Of a DNA stretch of 64,000 nt, positions 19,214 to 29,725 are shown piece by piece. Source of the stretch: an uncultured Eubacteriales bacterium (GTDB taxonomy: Bacteria; Bacillota; Clostridia; TANB77; CAG-508); assembly GCA_948468315.1 (NCBI GenBank), contig CAOKHL010000007.1:1102-65101 (forward strand), given 5' to 3'. Position numbers and translations under genes: made by a program. Numbering within the stretch: position 1 is the stretch's first letter; each line of letters begins with the position of its first letter. A model generated the notes under the pieces. The model was given only the letters and a program-made list of their open reading frames with translations. It had not been told where the DNA came from and ran no database searches.

Positions 19214-20305
19214 TTAAGTATTCATTGATTTTTGTATAGTTTTAAATGTTTCAGTTGTTTTGTTAAAATATTGTGTCAAAGGTTCTTTTTTATCCATACT
19301 ATTAATTACTTGAGCAACAAAGTAAGACATATCAACACTGTAAAACCAGTCATGATTTGAGAATTCTCTTGGAATATATGAAAGGTTTGTTGTGTAAAGA
19401 GCATCAAATAAGCCTTTTTGTTTGGCTTCTAAAAACTTGTCGAAACCTGATGTAAATAAAGCAAATGTACAAGTAATACAAATTTTATTTGCTCCCATTT
19501 CACGAAGTTTACCTGCAACTTCAATTACAGAACCTCCAGAAGCTATCATATCATCTACAATTAGAACATTTTTGCCTTTTACATCACTTCCCATATAAGT
19601 ATGTGCAACAATTGGATTCTTACCATCTATAACTTTACTTAAATCACGTCTTTTATAAAATACACCAACATCACAACCTATAATTTCAGCATAATAGCGA
19701 GCTCTTTCCATTGCTCCAAAGTCAGGACTTACAACTAATGCATTTTCAAAAATTGTAGGGTCATTTTGTGCCATTTCTTGTATTATTGTATTTGTAGGAT
19801 AAAAATTGTCAAATGATAAACTTGGTGTAGCATTTATTACATTAGGGTCATGAGCATCAAATGTAATGATACTTTTTACTCCTAATCTTTCTAGTTCTTG
19901 AAGAGCAATAGCACAATCTAAAGATTCTCTTCCTTTTCTACGATGTTGTCTTGCTTGATATAAAAGTGGCATAATAACAGTTAATTTTGTACTATGTCCA
20001 CATGTTGCAGAAATAACTCTTTTTATATCTTGAAAGTGTTCATCTGGCATCATTTCATGGTCTCTTCCGTGACATTTGTATGTAACACTGTAATTTCCGA
20101 TATCACAAAGTATATATATTTCTTTATCTCTTATTGAGTCATCAATAATAACTTTTCCTTCACCATTTGAAAAACGTGAAGCAGTTAATTTTGCAATGTA
20201 TTTTTTGTCTTTTTCATTACGCATTTGTAGTAGATTTTTTTCAACTTTTTCTCCGAATTCTTTACAATTATCTAGTACTAATAATGCTAAATCATTTTTC
20301 GACAT
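19214..20305 (-). CDS. prs: ribose-phosphate pyrophosphokinase family protein (long form, 363 aa)
   Basis: VLIVDDMIASGGSVIEVAGKL PRPP-binding loop; SPDFGAMERAR. Confidence 0.7.
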   Translation of the reverse strand: MSKNDLALLVLDNCKEFGEKVEKNLLQMRNEKDKKYIAKLTASRFSNGEGKVIIDDSIRDKEIYILCDIGNYSVTYKCHGRDHEMMPDEHFQDIKRVISATCGHSTKLTVIMPLLYQARQHRRKGRESLDCAIALQELERLGVKSIITFDAHDPNVINATPSLSFDNFYPTNTIIQEMAQNDPTIFENALVVSPDFGAMERARYYAEIIGCDVGVFYKRRDLSKVIDGKNPIVAHTYMGSDVKGKNVLIVDDMIASGGSVIEVAGKLREMGANKICITCTFALFTSGFDKFLEAKQKGLFDALYTTNLSYIPREFSNHDWFYSVDMSYFVAQVINSMDKKEPLTQYFNKTTETFKTIQKSMNT

Positions 20306-20448
20306 TTTTAATCCTCCTTATTTTGTAACTTAATCTAAATTTATTATATTTAGACCGAGTAAAAAAGTCAAGATATGACTAAAAATAGTTAGAAAAAACT
20401 TGAAAAATAATATGTGATGTGATAAATTAAAAAAGAAAATTATAATAA

Positions 20449-21969
20449 ATGAAAACAAGAGAGGAAAAAATGTTAAAAAAACTAAAAAATCAAAACACAT
20501 TAAAATACTTAATAATTTTAGGAATAACACTTTTATTATGTCAGAATTTTTTACAAATGCACTATTCATCAGATACTTATGTATTATATGATTTAGGATA
20601 TATGAATTATCCTCAAAAATACTTTTTATTAGATGGAAGACTTATTTCAGCAATAGTTTGCTATATGGCAGGAATTTTACATATCCCAATAAAAGCTTAT
20701 ATAATAGGAATGGATTTAATAGGAATTATATTTTTAGCAACAGCAATATTCCTAATAAGTAATATAATAGAAAATATAATTAAACCAGAAAAAAATATAA
20801 CAAAGATTTTGATAATGGTATGTTCATTCATACTAATATTAAACCAATTTACATTAGAATATTTAGTGTTCCCAGAATCAGCTATTATGTGTTTAGGAGT
20901 ATTATTAAATGTTATAGCTATAAAAATAATGGTACAAAATTCAAAATTAAAATATCTAAAAATATTCTTAGTATTATTAATATCAGGTCTTTGCTATCAA
21001 GGAGTATTAAATGTATTTCCAATATTAGCAATAATGGTATATATAGTAAAACAGATAATAGATAAAAGAGAATACAAAATAAAAGAAAAAGAATTTTTCG
21101 TAGAAATGATAAAATTAGCAGCTATAGTAATAATAGTTCTAGGAATTTGTATGGCAGCAATAAAAATAGGAAAAACAATGCTAAACAGCAAACAAGATAG
21201 AATGATGCATTTAATAGATATAGAAGCCGTAAAATTTCGAGGAGAAACAGTACTAGAATATATGGATGAATTATGGAATAAAGGAATGCATATGTTGCCA
21301 ACTAATATTAACACAATTATATTAGTAACTAATTTCTTAATATTACTATTATTAAAAACAAAAAAAGAAATGATTATGCAGTACATATTATTATTAATTG
21401 TAGCATTTACAATATGTATAGTTCCTATGTTTTTATTTAATACTGGAGTATGTGGGAGAGTAAATGAACCACTTATGATGTTATGGGGAGCTTCTTTAAT
21501 TATAATATTAGCACAAAGTACAATTATACCAGAGGGAAAAAGAACATCATTAATAAATATACTAATTATAGTTTCATTTATTATTAACAACATATATATA
21601 ATGCAAAATATAACAGAACATATAGCAGCTAATCGTGTAGATGAGAATATGGGAAAAACAATAAAATATGCATTAGAACAATATGAAAAAGAAACAGGAA
21701 ATAAAATAACAAAATTTTCGTATACATATGATAGAAATCCACAACAATATTCGGTAGGAATAAAACCAATAGGCTCATTAACAGAAAGAAAATTTGCATG
21801 TTCATGGAGTATAGTTTCAACAGTTAATTTTTATTGTGAGAGAAAGTTTGAAGTAATTAGAAAAATACCAGAAACAAGCACCATAGAGACATTAAGTAAA
21901 GATTATACTGAATTTTCAGAGGAACAATTAATTTTCGATAAGGATACTATGTATATGATTATATATTAA
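20449..21969 (+). CDS. polytopic membrane protein, possibly a GtrII-like glucosyltransferase (alternative start 20470)
   Basis: About 10 hydrophobic segments; N-terminus resembles Glucos_trans_II-type proteins from memory only. Confidence 0.4.
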   Translation: MKTREEKMLKKLKNQNTLKYLIILGITLLLCQNFLQMHYSSDTYVLYDLGYMNYPQKYFLLDGRLISAIVCYMAGILHIPIKAYIIGMDLIGIIFLATAIFLISNIIENIIKPEKNITKILIMVCSFILILNQFTLEYLVFPESAIMCLGVLLNVIAIKIMVQNSKLKYLKIFLVLLISGLCYQGVLNVFPILAIMVYIVKQIIDKREYKIKEKEFFVEMIKLAAIVIIVLGICMAAIKIGKTMLNSKQDRMMHLIDIEAVKFRGETVLEYMDELWNKGMHMLPTNINTIILVTNFLILLLLKTKKEMIMQYILLLIVAFTICIVPMFLFNTGVCGRVNEPLMMLWGASLIIILAQSTIIPEGKRTSLINILIIVSFIINNIYIMQNITEHIAANRVDENMGKTIKYALEQYEKETGNKITKFSYTYDRNPQQYSVGIKPIGSLTERKFACSWSIVSTVNFYCERKFEVIRKIPETSTIETLSKDYTEFSEEQLIFDKDTMYMIIY

Positions 21970-22106
21970 AATTTGTTAACAATTTATAAATAAAATAAAC
22001 ATAAATCGATAAAAATAAGAGGGGAGGCAAAGAAAATGAGTTAATACGTCAAAATTAATTTGCATAATAATAAAATTGAAAATTAAAGATGAAAGAGGGA
22101 AAAGGA

Positions 22107-23498
22107 ATGGAAAAAAATAAATCAATAAAGATGTTGAGAAAAGAAAAAGGAATAACTTTAATAGCACTAGTTATTACAATTATAGTATTATTAATTTTGG
22201 CAGGTATAAGTATAGCTATGTTAACTGGACAAAATGGAATATTAAATAAGGCAGCAGAAGGAAGACAAGAGTCTGTAAAAGGACAAGCTAAAGATGAAGT
22301 AAGTTTAGCAGTAAATAATTTGATGATAGAAGATAAGTTAAAAAATTTAACACAAGAACAAAAAAGAACAATGTTAGAAAATGATGTAAAAAAATACAAA
22401 GAAGATTCAACAGTAGAAATTAGTGGAACAGGATTTTTAATAAAACATAGGGGATATGAGTTTGAAGTAAGTAATACTTTTCAAATAGTAGAAAAAGAGC
22501 CTTTTGTTGCAGAAAAATGGGATGAAAAAGCAGCTTCAGAGGATGTTTTTATATGGCAAAGTGATGACTCAAGTAATGCGGGATATGGTATAGTAATTGG
22601 ATATAATGCAGGTGTACAAAATTATTCAACATTGAGATATCCAAGTAGATGTACAGAGGTTCAAAACTCTCGCCTAGCCAATGATGGTCAAAGTACAGAA
22701 ACGATTAGAAGTTATACTAAGAATATAAAAGAGATTGAATTACCAGATACAGTTACAAAAATTGGAAAGGGAGCTTTTTACAGTCATGGGGATAATTTAT
22801 TTGGGTATTTCTTTGACACATTAAAGAAAATAAATATTCCTAATGGTGTAACTAGTATTGGGGAAAATGCTTTTAGAGAATGTACAGAATTAACAAGTAT
22901 AATAATTCCAGGAAGTGCTACAAGTACTGGAGCATATGCTTTTAAAGATTGTACTGGATTAACAAATATAACAATCTTAGATGGAGTAACTAGTATAACT
23001 TATAATTCGTTTGAAGGATGTACAGGTGTAACAAATGTAACAATACCAAGTAGTATAACAGAAATAGGAAATAATGCATTTTTGAGGTGTACAAGATTAA
23101 ATAATTTAGTAATTCCAGAAGGAGTAACTAGTATTGGAAACAGTGCATTTTCTGACTGTATAGGAATAGAAAACATAACAATTCCAGGCAGTGTTAAAAC
23201 AATATTAACTGAAGCATTTAAAAATTGTACAGGATTAAAAAAAGTAACAATTTTAGAGGGGATAACTGAAATTTATTATAGCGTATTTAGTGGTTGTACA
23301 GGATTAACAAGTGTGACGATACCAAATAGTGTGATAACTATTAGAAATGGTGCATTTGGTGAGTGTACTAGTTTGAATGATTTAAAAGTACCTGAAAGTG
23401 TTACAAGTATAGAGGATGGAGCGTTTTACGGTGTCCCACACATCACCTACAACGGAACAGCTACAGGTTCACCATGGGGAGCAACAGCAATAAATTAA
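22107..23498 (+). CDS. surface protein: pilin-like N-terminal module plus BspA-type leucine-rich repeats
   Basis: KGITLIALVITIIVLLILAGISIAMLTGQNGIL; repeats IPxxVTSIGxxAFxxCTxLTxxxI about 8 times. Confidence 0.7.
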   Translation: MEKNKSIKMLRKEKGITLIALVITIIVLLILAGISIAMLTGQNGILNKAAEGRQESVKGQAKDEVSLAVNNLMIEDKLKNLTQEQKRTMLENDVKKYKEDSTVEISGTGFLIKHRGYEFEVSNTFQIVEKEPFVAEKWDEKAASEDVFIWQSDDSSNAGYGIVIGYNAGVQNYSTLRYPSRCTEVQNSRLANDGQSTETIRSYTKNIKEIELPDTVTKIGKGAFYSHGDNLFGYFFDTLKKINIPNGVTSIGENAFRECTELTSIIIPGSATSTGAYAFKDCTGLTNITILDGVTSITYNSFEGCTGVTNVTIPSSITEIGNNAFLRCTRLNNLVIPEGVTSIGNSAFSDCIGIENITIPGSVKTILTEAFKNCTGLKKVTILEGITEIYYSVFSGCTGLTSVTIPNSVITIRNGAFGECTSLNDLKVPESVTSIEDGAFYGVPHITYNGTATGSPWGATAIN

Positions 23499-23551
23499 TA
23501 TTCAAAAAATATTAAACAAAAGAAATAAAAAGAATATAATAGTATAAAAAC

Positions 23552-23588
23552 AAAAAACTATGTAGACCAAATATCTACATAGTTTTTT
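23552..23588 (+). terminator. rho-independent terminator
   Basis: aaaaaactatgtaga / tctacatagtttttt. Confidence 0.7.
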
Positions 23589-23602
23589 AGAAGGGAGACA
23601 AC

Positions 23603-24568
23603 ATGAAACAAAAAAATAACGTAATTGGAAACACACCAATGATACAACTAAACTACGAATACCAAGGAGAAAAGAGAAAAATATACATTAAACTAGAATA
23701 CTACAATCTAACAGGAAGTATAAAAGACAGAGTGGCATATTACATTATAAATAAAGCAAAAGAACAAGGAACCTTAAAACCATCAATGCCAATAATAGAA
23801 GCAACAAGTGGAAATACAGGAATATCATTAGCAGCATTAGGAGCATATTACAAACATCCTGTATATATCTACATGCCTGATTGGGCAAGTGTAGAGAGAG
23901 TAAAACTTATGAAATCATACGGAGCAAATGTAAAACTAATTTCAAAAGAAGAAGGAGGATTTATAAAATGTGTTAATGAAGCTAAAAACAAAGCAAAAGA
24001 AATAAACGGATTTTTAGCAAATCAATTTGCAAATCAAAATAATTATTTAGCACATTATGAAACAACAGCAGAAGAAATAATAAAGCAGCTTCCAGAAGAA
24101 GTATATGCATTTATATCAGGTGTTGGAACAGGTGGAACTTTAATGGGAACAGGGAAAAGGTTAAAACAAGAATTCAAAAACTTAAGAATAGTTGCATTAG
24201 AGCCTGACAAAATGCCAATAATTTCTACTGGTAAAATGATAAGTAATCATAAAATAGAAGGAATTGGAGATGACTTTGTTCCAGATTTAGTAGAAAAAGA
24301 AGCAATAGATGATATTATATTAGTTAATGATGATGACGCAATAAATATGTCAAGAAGATTGTCAGCAGAATTGGGATTAGGAGTAGGAATTTCATCAGGT
24401 GCAAATATAATTGCGTCAATATTATGGCAAAATAAAACAAATAAACCAGTAGTTACAGTTTTTCCAGATGATAATAAAAAATATTTATCAACAGATTTAA
24501 TGAAAGATATAGAACCTAATAAGGAATTTATTTCAAATAAAATAAAATTATTAGATTATATAAAATAA
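23603..24568 (+). CDS. cysK: cysteine synthase / O-acetylserine sulfhydrylase family
   Basis: GSIKDRVA (PLP lysine), TSGNTGISLA, GVGTGGTLMG. Confidence 0.8.
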   Translation: MKQKNNVIGNTPMIQLNYEYQGEKRKIYIKLEYYNLTGSIKDRVAYYIINKAKEQGTLKPSMPIIEATSGNTGISLAALGAYYKHPVYIYMPDWASVERVKLMKSYGANVKLISKEEGGFIKCVNEAKNKAKEINGFLANQFANQNNYLAHYETTAEEIIKQLPEEVYAFISGVGTGGTLMGTGKRLKQEFKNLRIVALEPDKMPIISTGKMISNHKIEGIGDDFVPDLVEKEAIDDIILVNDDDAINMSRRLSAELGLGVGISSGANIIASILWQNKTNKPVVTVFPDDNKKYLSTDLMKDIEPNKEFISNKIKLLDYIK

Positions 24569-24605
24569 AAAAAGTTGGTTAAACTATAAAAAAGGAGATT
24601 TTTAT

Positions 24606-25604
24606 ATGTTTAATCCAGAGAAAATATATTATGAAAAAGATATAGTAGATTATCAATTAGGAAAGCAATTGCTTGAAAAGTATAAAGAAACACCAAAAAT
24701 AATAATAGAAAATCATAATAATATAGAAGAGATGAGAAAAAAGCAAAATTCAGAATTTGGGAAGATGAAAAGAAATTTAATAATAGGTGTTAGAAAAACT
24801 CATAAATTTGTAGAAAATCATAAAACATCTGATTATTTAGTTCCATATACATCATCTGGATGTACAGCAATGTGTATGTATTGTTATTTAGTATGTAATT
24901 ATAACAAATGTGCATATTTAAGACTTTTTGTAAACAGAGAGCAGATGTTAGAAAAAATAATAAAAACATCGCAAAAAAGTGAGAAAGAGTTAACTTTTGA
25001 AATAGGAAGTAATAGTGACTTGATATTAGAAAATACAATAACAGGTAATTTAGAATGGACAATAAAAAATTTTGCAGACACAAATAAAGGAAAATTAACA
25101 TTGCCTACTAAATTTGATATGGTGGATAGTATTCTTCCTTTAAATCATAATGGTAAAATAGTAATAAGAATGAGTGTAAATCCAGAAGAAATTATAAATA
25201 AAGTAGAATTTGGAACATCAAGATTAAAAGGAAGAATACAAGCGATAAATAAATTGGCAGAAGCGGGGTATAAAGTTGGAATTTTGATAGCACCAGTAAT
25301 TTTAGTAGATAATTGGAAGATGTTATATACAGAGTTAATTCAGAGGCTTAGTCAAGAATTATCAGAAAAAGTAAGGAAAAATGCTTTTTTTGAAATAATA
25401 TTTATGACATATAGTTATGTTCATACTAAAATAAATGAAGAAGCTTTTCCTAATGCTATAAATTTATATAATAAAGATATAATGACTGGTAGAGGAAGAG
25501 GAAAATATGCTTATAAACAGGAAACAAGAAAAGAAGCGGCAGATTATATAAAACAACAGATGGAGAAATATTTTCCAAGTAATAAGATAGAATATATAGT
25601 GTAA
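24606..25604 (+). CDS. splB: spore photoproduct lyase (radical SAM)
   Basis: MFNPEKIYYEK..., GCTAMCMYCYL CxxxCxxC motif, 332 aa. Confidence 0.75.
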   Translation: MFNPEKIYYEKDIVDYQLGKQLLEKYKETPKIIIENHNNIEEMRKKQNSEFGKMKRNLIIGVRKTHKFVENHKTSDYLVPYTSSGCTAMCMYCYLVCNYNKCAYLRLFVNREQMLEKIIKTSQKSEKELTFEIGSNSDLILENTITGNLEWTIKNFADTNKGKLTLPTKFDMVDSILPLNHNGKIVIRMSVNPEEIINKVEFGTSRLKGRIQAINKLAEAGYKVGILIAPVILVDNWKMLYTELIQRLSQELSEKVRKNAFFEIIFMTYSYVHTKINEEAFPNAINLYNKDIMTGRGRGKYAYKQETRKEAADYIKQQMEKYFPSNKIEYIV

Positions 25605-25904
25605 CTTTTTTTAAAACTCATATTTACTTAACAAGTATGAGTTTTTTATTTAATTCTCAGTAACAATATGAAGTGAGTTAAGATGAAATTAATGGTTATG
25701 TCAAAATTTGTCGAACGATTATTGTTGACATAAGTTATACAAGGAGTTATAATAAATAGCTGGAATGTTTTTTCAAAGAAAATTTAGAATTATTTTATTT
25801 CAGAAAAAATTTAAATCTAAAATTTATTAAAAATAAAAAGCTTAAATAATCTTGAGAAAATATTGCAAAAAAGACAAATAAATATTATAATAAGGAGGAA
25901 CTAT

Positions 25905-26810
25905 ATGGTAAAAAACAATCAACAAATATCAGAAGAAAATATTGATAAAACTAAAGAAAACAAAAAATACAATCTAAAAAATGACATAATATTTAAAACA
26001 TTTTTCTCAAGAAAAGGAAATGAAATATTTTTAATAGATTTTTTAGAGGCACTACTTAAAATAAAAATAGAGGAGATACAAGTAAAAGAAGAAGTAAATT
26101 TAGAAACACTAGCAGTAGAAGAAAAAGGTGGAAGATTAGACTTACAAGCAAAATTAAATGATGGAATAATAGTAAATATAGAATTACAAATAAAAAATCA
26201 TCAAGATATAGAAGAAAGAACGACATATTATAGTTCAAAAGTAATATCAAGGGAAACAGAAAGAGGAACAGAGTATAAAGACATAACAAAAGTAATAATG
26301 ATAAATATATTGGACTATGAATTATTAGGATTTGATGAATATATATCAGATACAGTAATAGTACTAGACAAACATAGAGAATATGAAGTATTAAAAGGAA
26401 TAAAATGGTATTTTATAGAACTACCAAAGTTTAGAAAGCAAAATCCTAATATGAATGAAAAGCTAAACCAATGGTTGGTCTTTTTAGATGATTATAATAA
26501 GGAGGCGGTAAAATTGGCAGAAGAAAAAAATGACACACTAAAAAAAGCAAGAATAGAAATGAATTATTTAACAGGAGATGCAGAAGTAAGGCGATTGGCA
26601 GAATTGCGTGAAAAGTGGGAAATGGACAGGATTTCTGAGATAGGACATGCTAAAAGAGAAGGGATTAAAGAAGGAGAGAAGAGAGGGGAAAAGAGAGGCG
26701 AGAAAAAAGGTAAAATAGAAATAGCCAAAAAGATGATTGAAAAAGGGATGAATATAGAAACAATAATAGAAATAACAGGGTTAACTAAAAAAGAAATAGA
26801 ATCAATATAG
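25905..26810 (+). CDS. Rpn-family recombination-promoting nuclease / putative transposase (PD-(D/E)XK)
   Basis: NDIIFKTFF, GGRLDLQAKLNDGIIVNIELQ, C-terminal basic repeat GEKRGEKRGEKKG plus IAKKMIEKGM; RBS aaggagg before ATG 25905. Confidence 0.7.
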   Translation: MVKNNQQISEENIDKTKENKKYNLKNDIIFKTFFSRKGNEIFLIDFLEALLKIKIEEIQVKEEVNLETLAVEEKGGRLDLQAKLNDGIIVNIELQIKNHQDIEERTTYYSSKVISRETERGTEYKDITKVIMINILDYELLGFDEYISDTVIVLDKHREYEVLKGIKWYFIELPKFRKQNPNMNEKLNQWLVFLDDYNKEAVKLAEEKNDTLKKARIEMNYLTGDAEVRRLAELREKWEMDRISEIGHAKREGIKEGEKRGEKRGEKKGKIEIAKKMIEKGMNIETIIEITGLTKKEIESI

Positions 26811-26888
26811 TTATTATTTATTAAAATTTTTAAAATATATTTATATTATAAAAAGCCCACCCCCATTGGCAAAGAGAGGAGAAAATAA

Positions 26889-28223
26889 ATGTCAAAACCA
26901 ATAGTAGCAATAATAGGAAGGCCAAATGTTGGAAAATCAACATTCTTCAATTATATAGTAGGAAGTAGAATATCAATAGTAGAAGACACACCAGGAGTTA
27001 CAAGAGACAGAATATATGGAGAAAGTAACTGGAGAGGCAGAAATTTTACACTAATAGATACAGGAGGAATAGAACCAGAAAAAAATGATGTAATTCTTAC
27101 TCAAATGAGATTACAAGCAAATATCGCAATAGACATTGCGGATGTAATAATATTTCTAACAGATGTGCGTCAAGGAGTTACAGCAGCTGATGAGGAAATA
27201 GCGGTAATGCTAAAAAAATCAAAAAAACCAATAATTTTAGTATGTAATAAAGCAGATAGTTATCAAAAATTCCAATCAGATATATATGAATTTTATAAAC
27301 TAGGATTAGGAGATCCTATGCCTGTTTCAGCAAGTAATGCACAAGGAATAGGAGATGTTTTAGATAGTGTTTACGAAAATCTTCCAAAACCTGATAAAGA
27401 TGAAGAAAATGAAGAAAGAATAAAAGTAGCAGTAATAGGAAAGCCTAATGTAGGAAAATCATCTTTAATAAACAAAATACTTGGAGAAAATCGTAATATA
27501 GTAAGTGATATAGCAGGAACTACTCGTGATGCAATAGATTCATATTACGAAAATGATAATGGAAAATATATATTTATAGATACAGCAGGAATTAGAAGAA
27601 AAAGCAAAGTAACTGAAAGAATTGAAAAATACAGTGTAATGAGGTCTATTTTAGCAATAGAAAGAGCAGATGTATGTTTAATGTTAATTGATGCAAATGA
27701 AGGAGTAACAGACCAAGACGCTAAAATAGCAGGAGAAGCACATGAAGCTGGAAAAGGTATAATAATTGTTGTAAATAAATGGGATGAATATGAAAAAGAC
27801 ACAGGAACATTAGAAAAATACAAAAAAGAAATTTATAGCAAATTATCATATTTATCATATGCTCCAATAATGTTTATATCAGCAAAAACAGGACAAAGAG
27901 TAGACAAATTATTTGGAATGATAAATTATGTTGCTGAGCAAAATGCAAAAAGAGTTACAACAAGTCAATTAAACCAAGTTATAAATGAGGCAATAGCTAT
28001 TGTTCAACCACCAACAGACAAAGGTAAAAAATTAAAAATTTTCTATGGAACTCAAGCTTCAACCAAACCACCAACATTTGTTATATTTGTAAATAAAAAA
28101 GATTTATTCCATTTTTCATATGAAAGATATTTAGTTAACCAAATACGCAAAGAATTTGGTTTGGAGGGTACTCCTGTTAGAATAATTGTTAGAGAAAAGT
28201 TGGAAAAAGACGTAAATGTATAA
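26889..28223 (+). CDS. der: ribosome-associated GTPase Der (EngA), two GTPase domains plus KH-like domain
   Basis: GRPNVGKST and GKPNVGKSS P-loops, DTGG/DTAG, NKAD/NKWD. Confidence 0.9.
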   Translation: MSKPIVAIIGRPNVGKSTFFNYIVGSRISIVEDTPGVTRDRIYGESNWRGRNFTLIDTGGIEPEKNDVILTQMRLQANIAIDIADVIIFLTDVRQGVTAADEEIAVMLKKSKKPIILVCNKADSYQKFQSDIYEFYKLGLGDPMPVSASNAQGIGDVLDSVYENLPKPDKDEENEERIKVAVIGKPNVGKSSLINKILGENRNIVSDIAGTTRDAIDSYYENDNGKYIFIDTAGIRRKSKVTERIEKYSVMRSILAIERADVCLMLIDANEGVTDQDAKIAGEAHEAGKGIIIVVNKWDEYEKDTGTLEKYKKEIYSKLSYLSYAPIMFISAKTGQRVDKLFGMINYVAEQNAKRVTTSQLNQVINEAIAIVQPPTDKGKKLKIFYGTQASTKPPTFVIFVNKKDLFHFSYERYLVNQIRKEFGLEGTPVRIIVREKLEKDVNV

Positions 28224-28236
28224 AAAGGGAAATTTT

Positions 28237-29265
28237 ATGAGGAATTTTTCGGAACCAATATATGAGGCTGAAACAGACACTGAAATTAATACAAATAAGA
28301 TAAGAAAAAGAAATGACACAAAACAGTTAGAAAGAGACCAGAAAAGTAATATTATATTTACACAAAGTAAGTACAATGCAGTTGATATAGATATAGGGGA
28401 ATATGCATCAGCTCATGCTTGGATAGAATTAAGGAATGCAAATGCACAATATTTGGTTAAAAATTTTGCCTATAATAGTGGAGGAGAAGCATATAGTAAA
28501 TTTATAAAAAATAATGGTAAGGCAGCAATAGAAATTTCTAAATATAATAATATAATTCTTCCATATATTGGAGAGGAAATATTTCATGTAGAAACTGTAA
28601 AATATCTATTTGCAAAATTTTCAAGAGGAAAGCAAAAGATACCAGTTAACCCTAATATGGAGTATTTAATAACTTTAGATGAAAAAATAAATGGAGAAGA
28701 AATTTGGGAGGGATTAAATGTACTTTTTTCAAATAAGGGAAAAGATACATTGATATTTTCAGAAAGATTAAAGGAAATAGAAAATTTTTTAAAATTAAGG
28801 TATGTACCTAGTCATAAAATACAAGAGGTTTTAGATGAATTTATAAGACAAGAAATATTTAAAAAAACTATAGAGTATGTAGATAATCATAATGGAAATT
28901 GGGCTCTTGGAATTGATGGTAAAAAGGTTAGAGTGTTTCCAGTATATGATTTTGACTTTTGCAGTAGAATTCGAAATATAAAAATATATGAAACATTATC
29001 TGATAATCAAAAAACAGATTTGAAGTCATTTATTATGCAATACAAAGAGCTACCTTGGATTAAAAGATATATTTCAGAAGTAATTCAAAGTTTTGATATT
29101 CAAAAATTAATAGGGATAGCAAGCGAAAAAACTGAAATAAATATACCAAATGAAGTGAGAGTATATTTTGAAGACTTTTATTCAAAGAAGAAAGACATTT
29201 TAGAACAAATATTTAAAGAAATATTACAACAAAAGTCAAAAGGAGATGATGGAATATGCATTTAA
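28237..29265 (+). CDS. HipA C-terminal-like kinase-fold protein (low confidence)
   Basis: DNHNGNW (DxHxxN) followed by VFPVYDFDF, resembling the HipA_C catalytic and APxYD motifs. Confidence 0.4.
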   Translation: MRNFSEPIYEAETDTEINTNKIRKRNDTKQLERDQKSNIIFTQSKYNAVDIDIGEYASAHAWIELRNANAQYLVKNFAYNSGGEAYSKFIKNNGKAAIEISKYNNIILPYIGEEIFHVETVKYLFAKFSRGKQKIPVNPNMEYLITLDEKINGEEIWEGLNVLFSNKGKDTLIFSERLKEIENFLKLRYVPSHKIQEVLDEFIRQEIFKKTIEYVDNHNGNWALGIDGKKVRVFPVYDFDFCSRIRNIKIYETLSDNQKTDLKSFIMQYKELPWIKRYISEVIQSFDIQKLIGIASEKTEINIPNEVRVYFEDFYSKKKDILEQIFKEILQQKSKGDDGICI

Positions 29266-29597
29266 TCCTAAAGTGGTCTAGTAATTCAGGAAAAGTATAT
29301 AGCCTTGGGGTTCTAAGCAAAAAAGAAGAAAAATATATTTTCGAGATAAATGAACAAGAACTAAAAAATGCAATATTAGATGGTTGTATAGGAATAGGAA
29401 ATTTTAGTTTGTTAAACAGAGTAGAAACCTCCAATGAATTATTTGACTTTTTCAAAAATAGAATAGTTAGTAAAGATAGTTGGAAAACAAAAGAATTGTT
29501 AAAAAAGTATAAATTACATGAATATGATGAAATGAAAATTTTATCAATAACAAAGGCAAGAAGTATAAATGATAGATATTGGGTTGAAGAAGTTTAA
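29256..29597 (+). CDS. HipA N-terminal-like / HipS-like small protein (low confidence), overlapping the upstream gene by 10 nt
   Basis: LGVLSKKEEKYIFEIN ... ELFDFFKNRI ... DEMKILSITKARSINDRYWV parallels HipA_N features from memory. Confidence 0.35.
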   Translation: MHLILKWSSNSGKVYSLGVLSKKEEKYIFEINEQELKNAILDGCIGIGNFSLLNRVETSNELFDFFKNRIVSKDSWKTKELLKKYKLHEYDEMKILSITKARSINDRYWVEEV

Positions 29598-29661
29598 TTT
29601 TGATTAGGACTATATCTTTTCTAAAAAGAGGTTTTTAAAAAAGATATAGTCCTAATCAAAA
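29598..29661. terminator. long hairpin (23-bp perfect arms, 18-nt loop), GGACTATATCTTTT palindrome sub-family
   Basis: ttttgattaggactatatctttt / aaaagatatagtcctaatcaaaa. Confidence 0.75.
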
Positions 29662-29666
29662 TAATA

Positions 29667-29695
29667 TTGACATACCCTAAATTTTATATTATAAT
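29667..29695 (+). promoter_or_regulatory. promoter candidate TTGACA-17-TATAAT for the regulator-suf operon
   Basis: Read directly. Confidence 0.55.
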
Positions 29696-29725
29696 GTTAA
29701 CCGAAGCTAACAAAAGGAGATTAAA

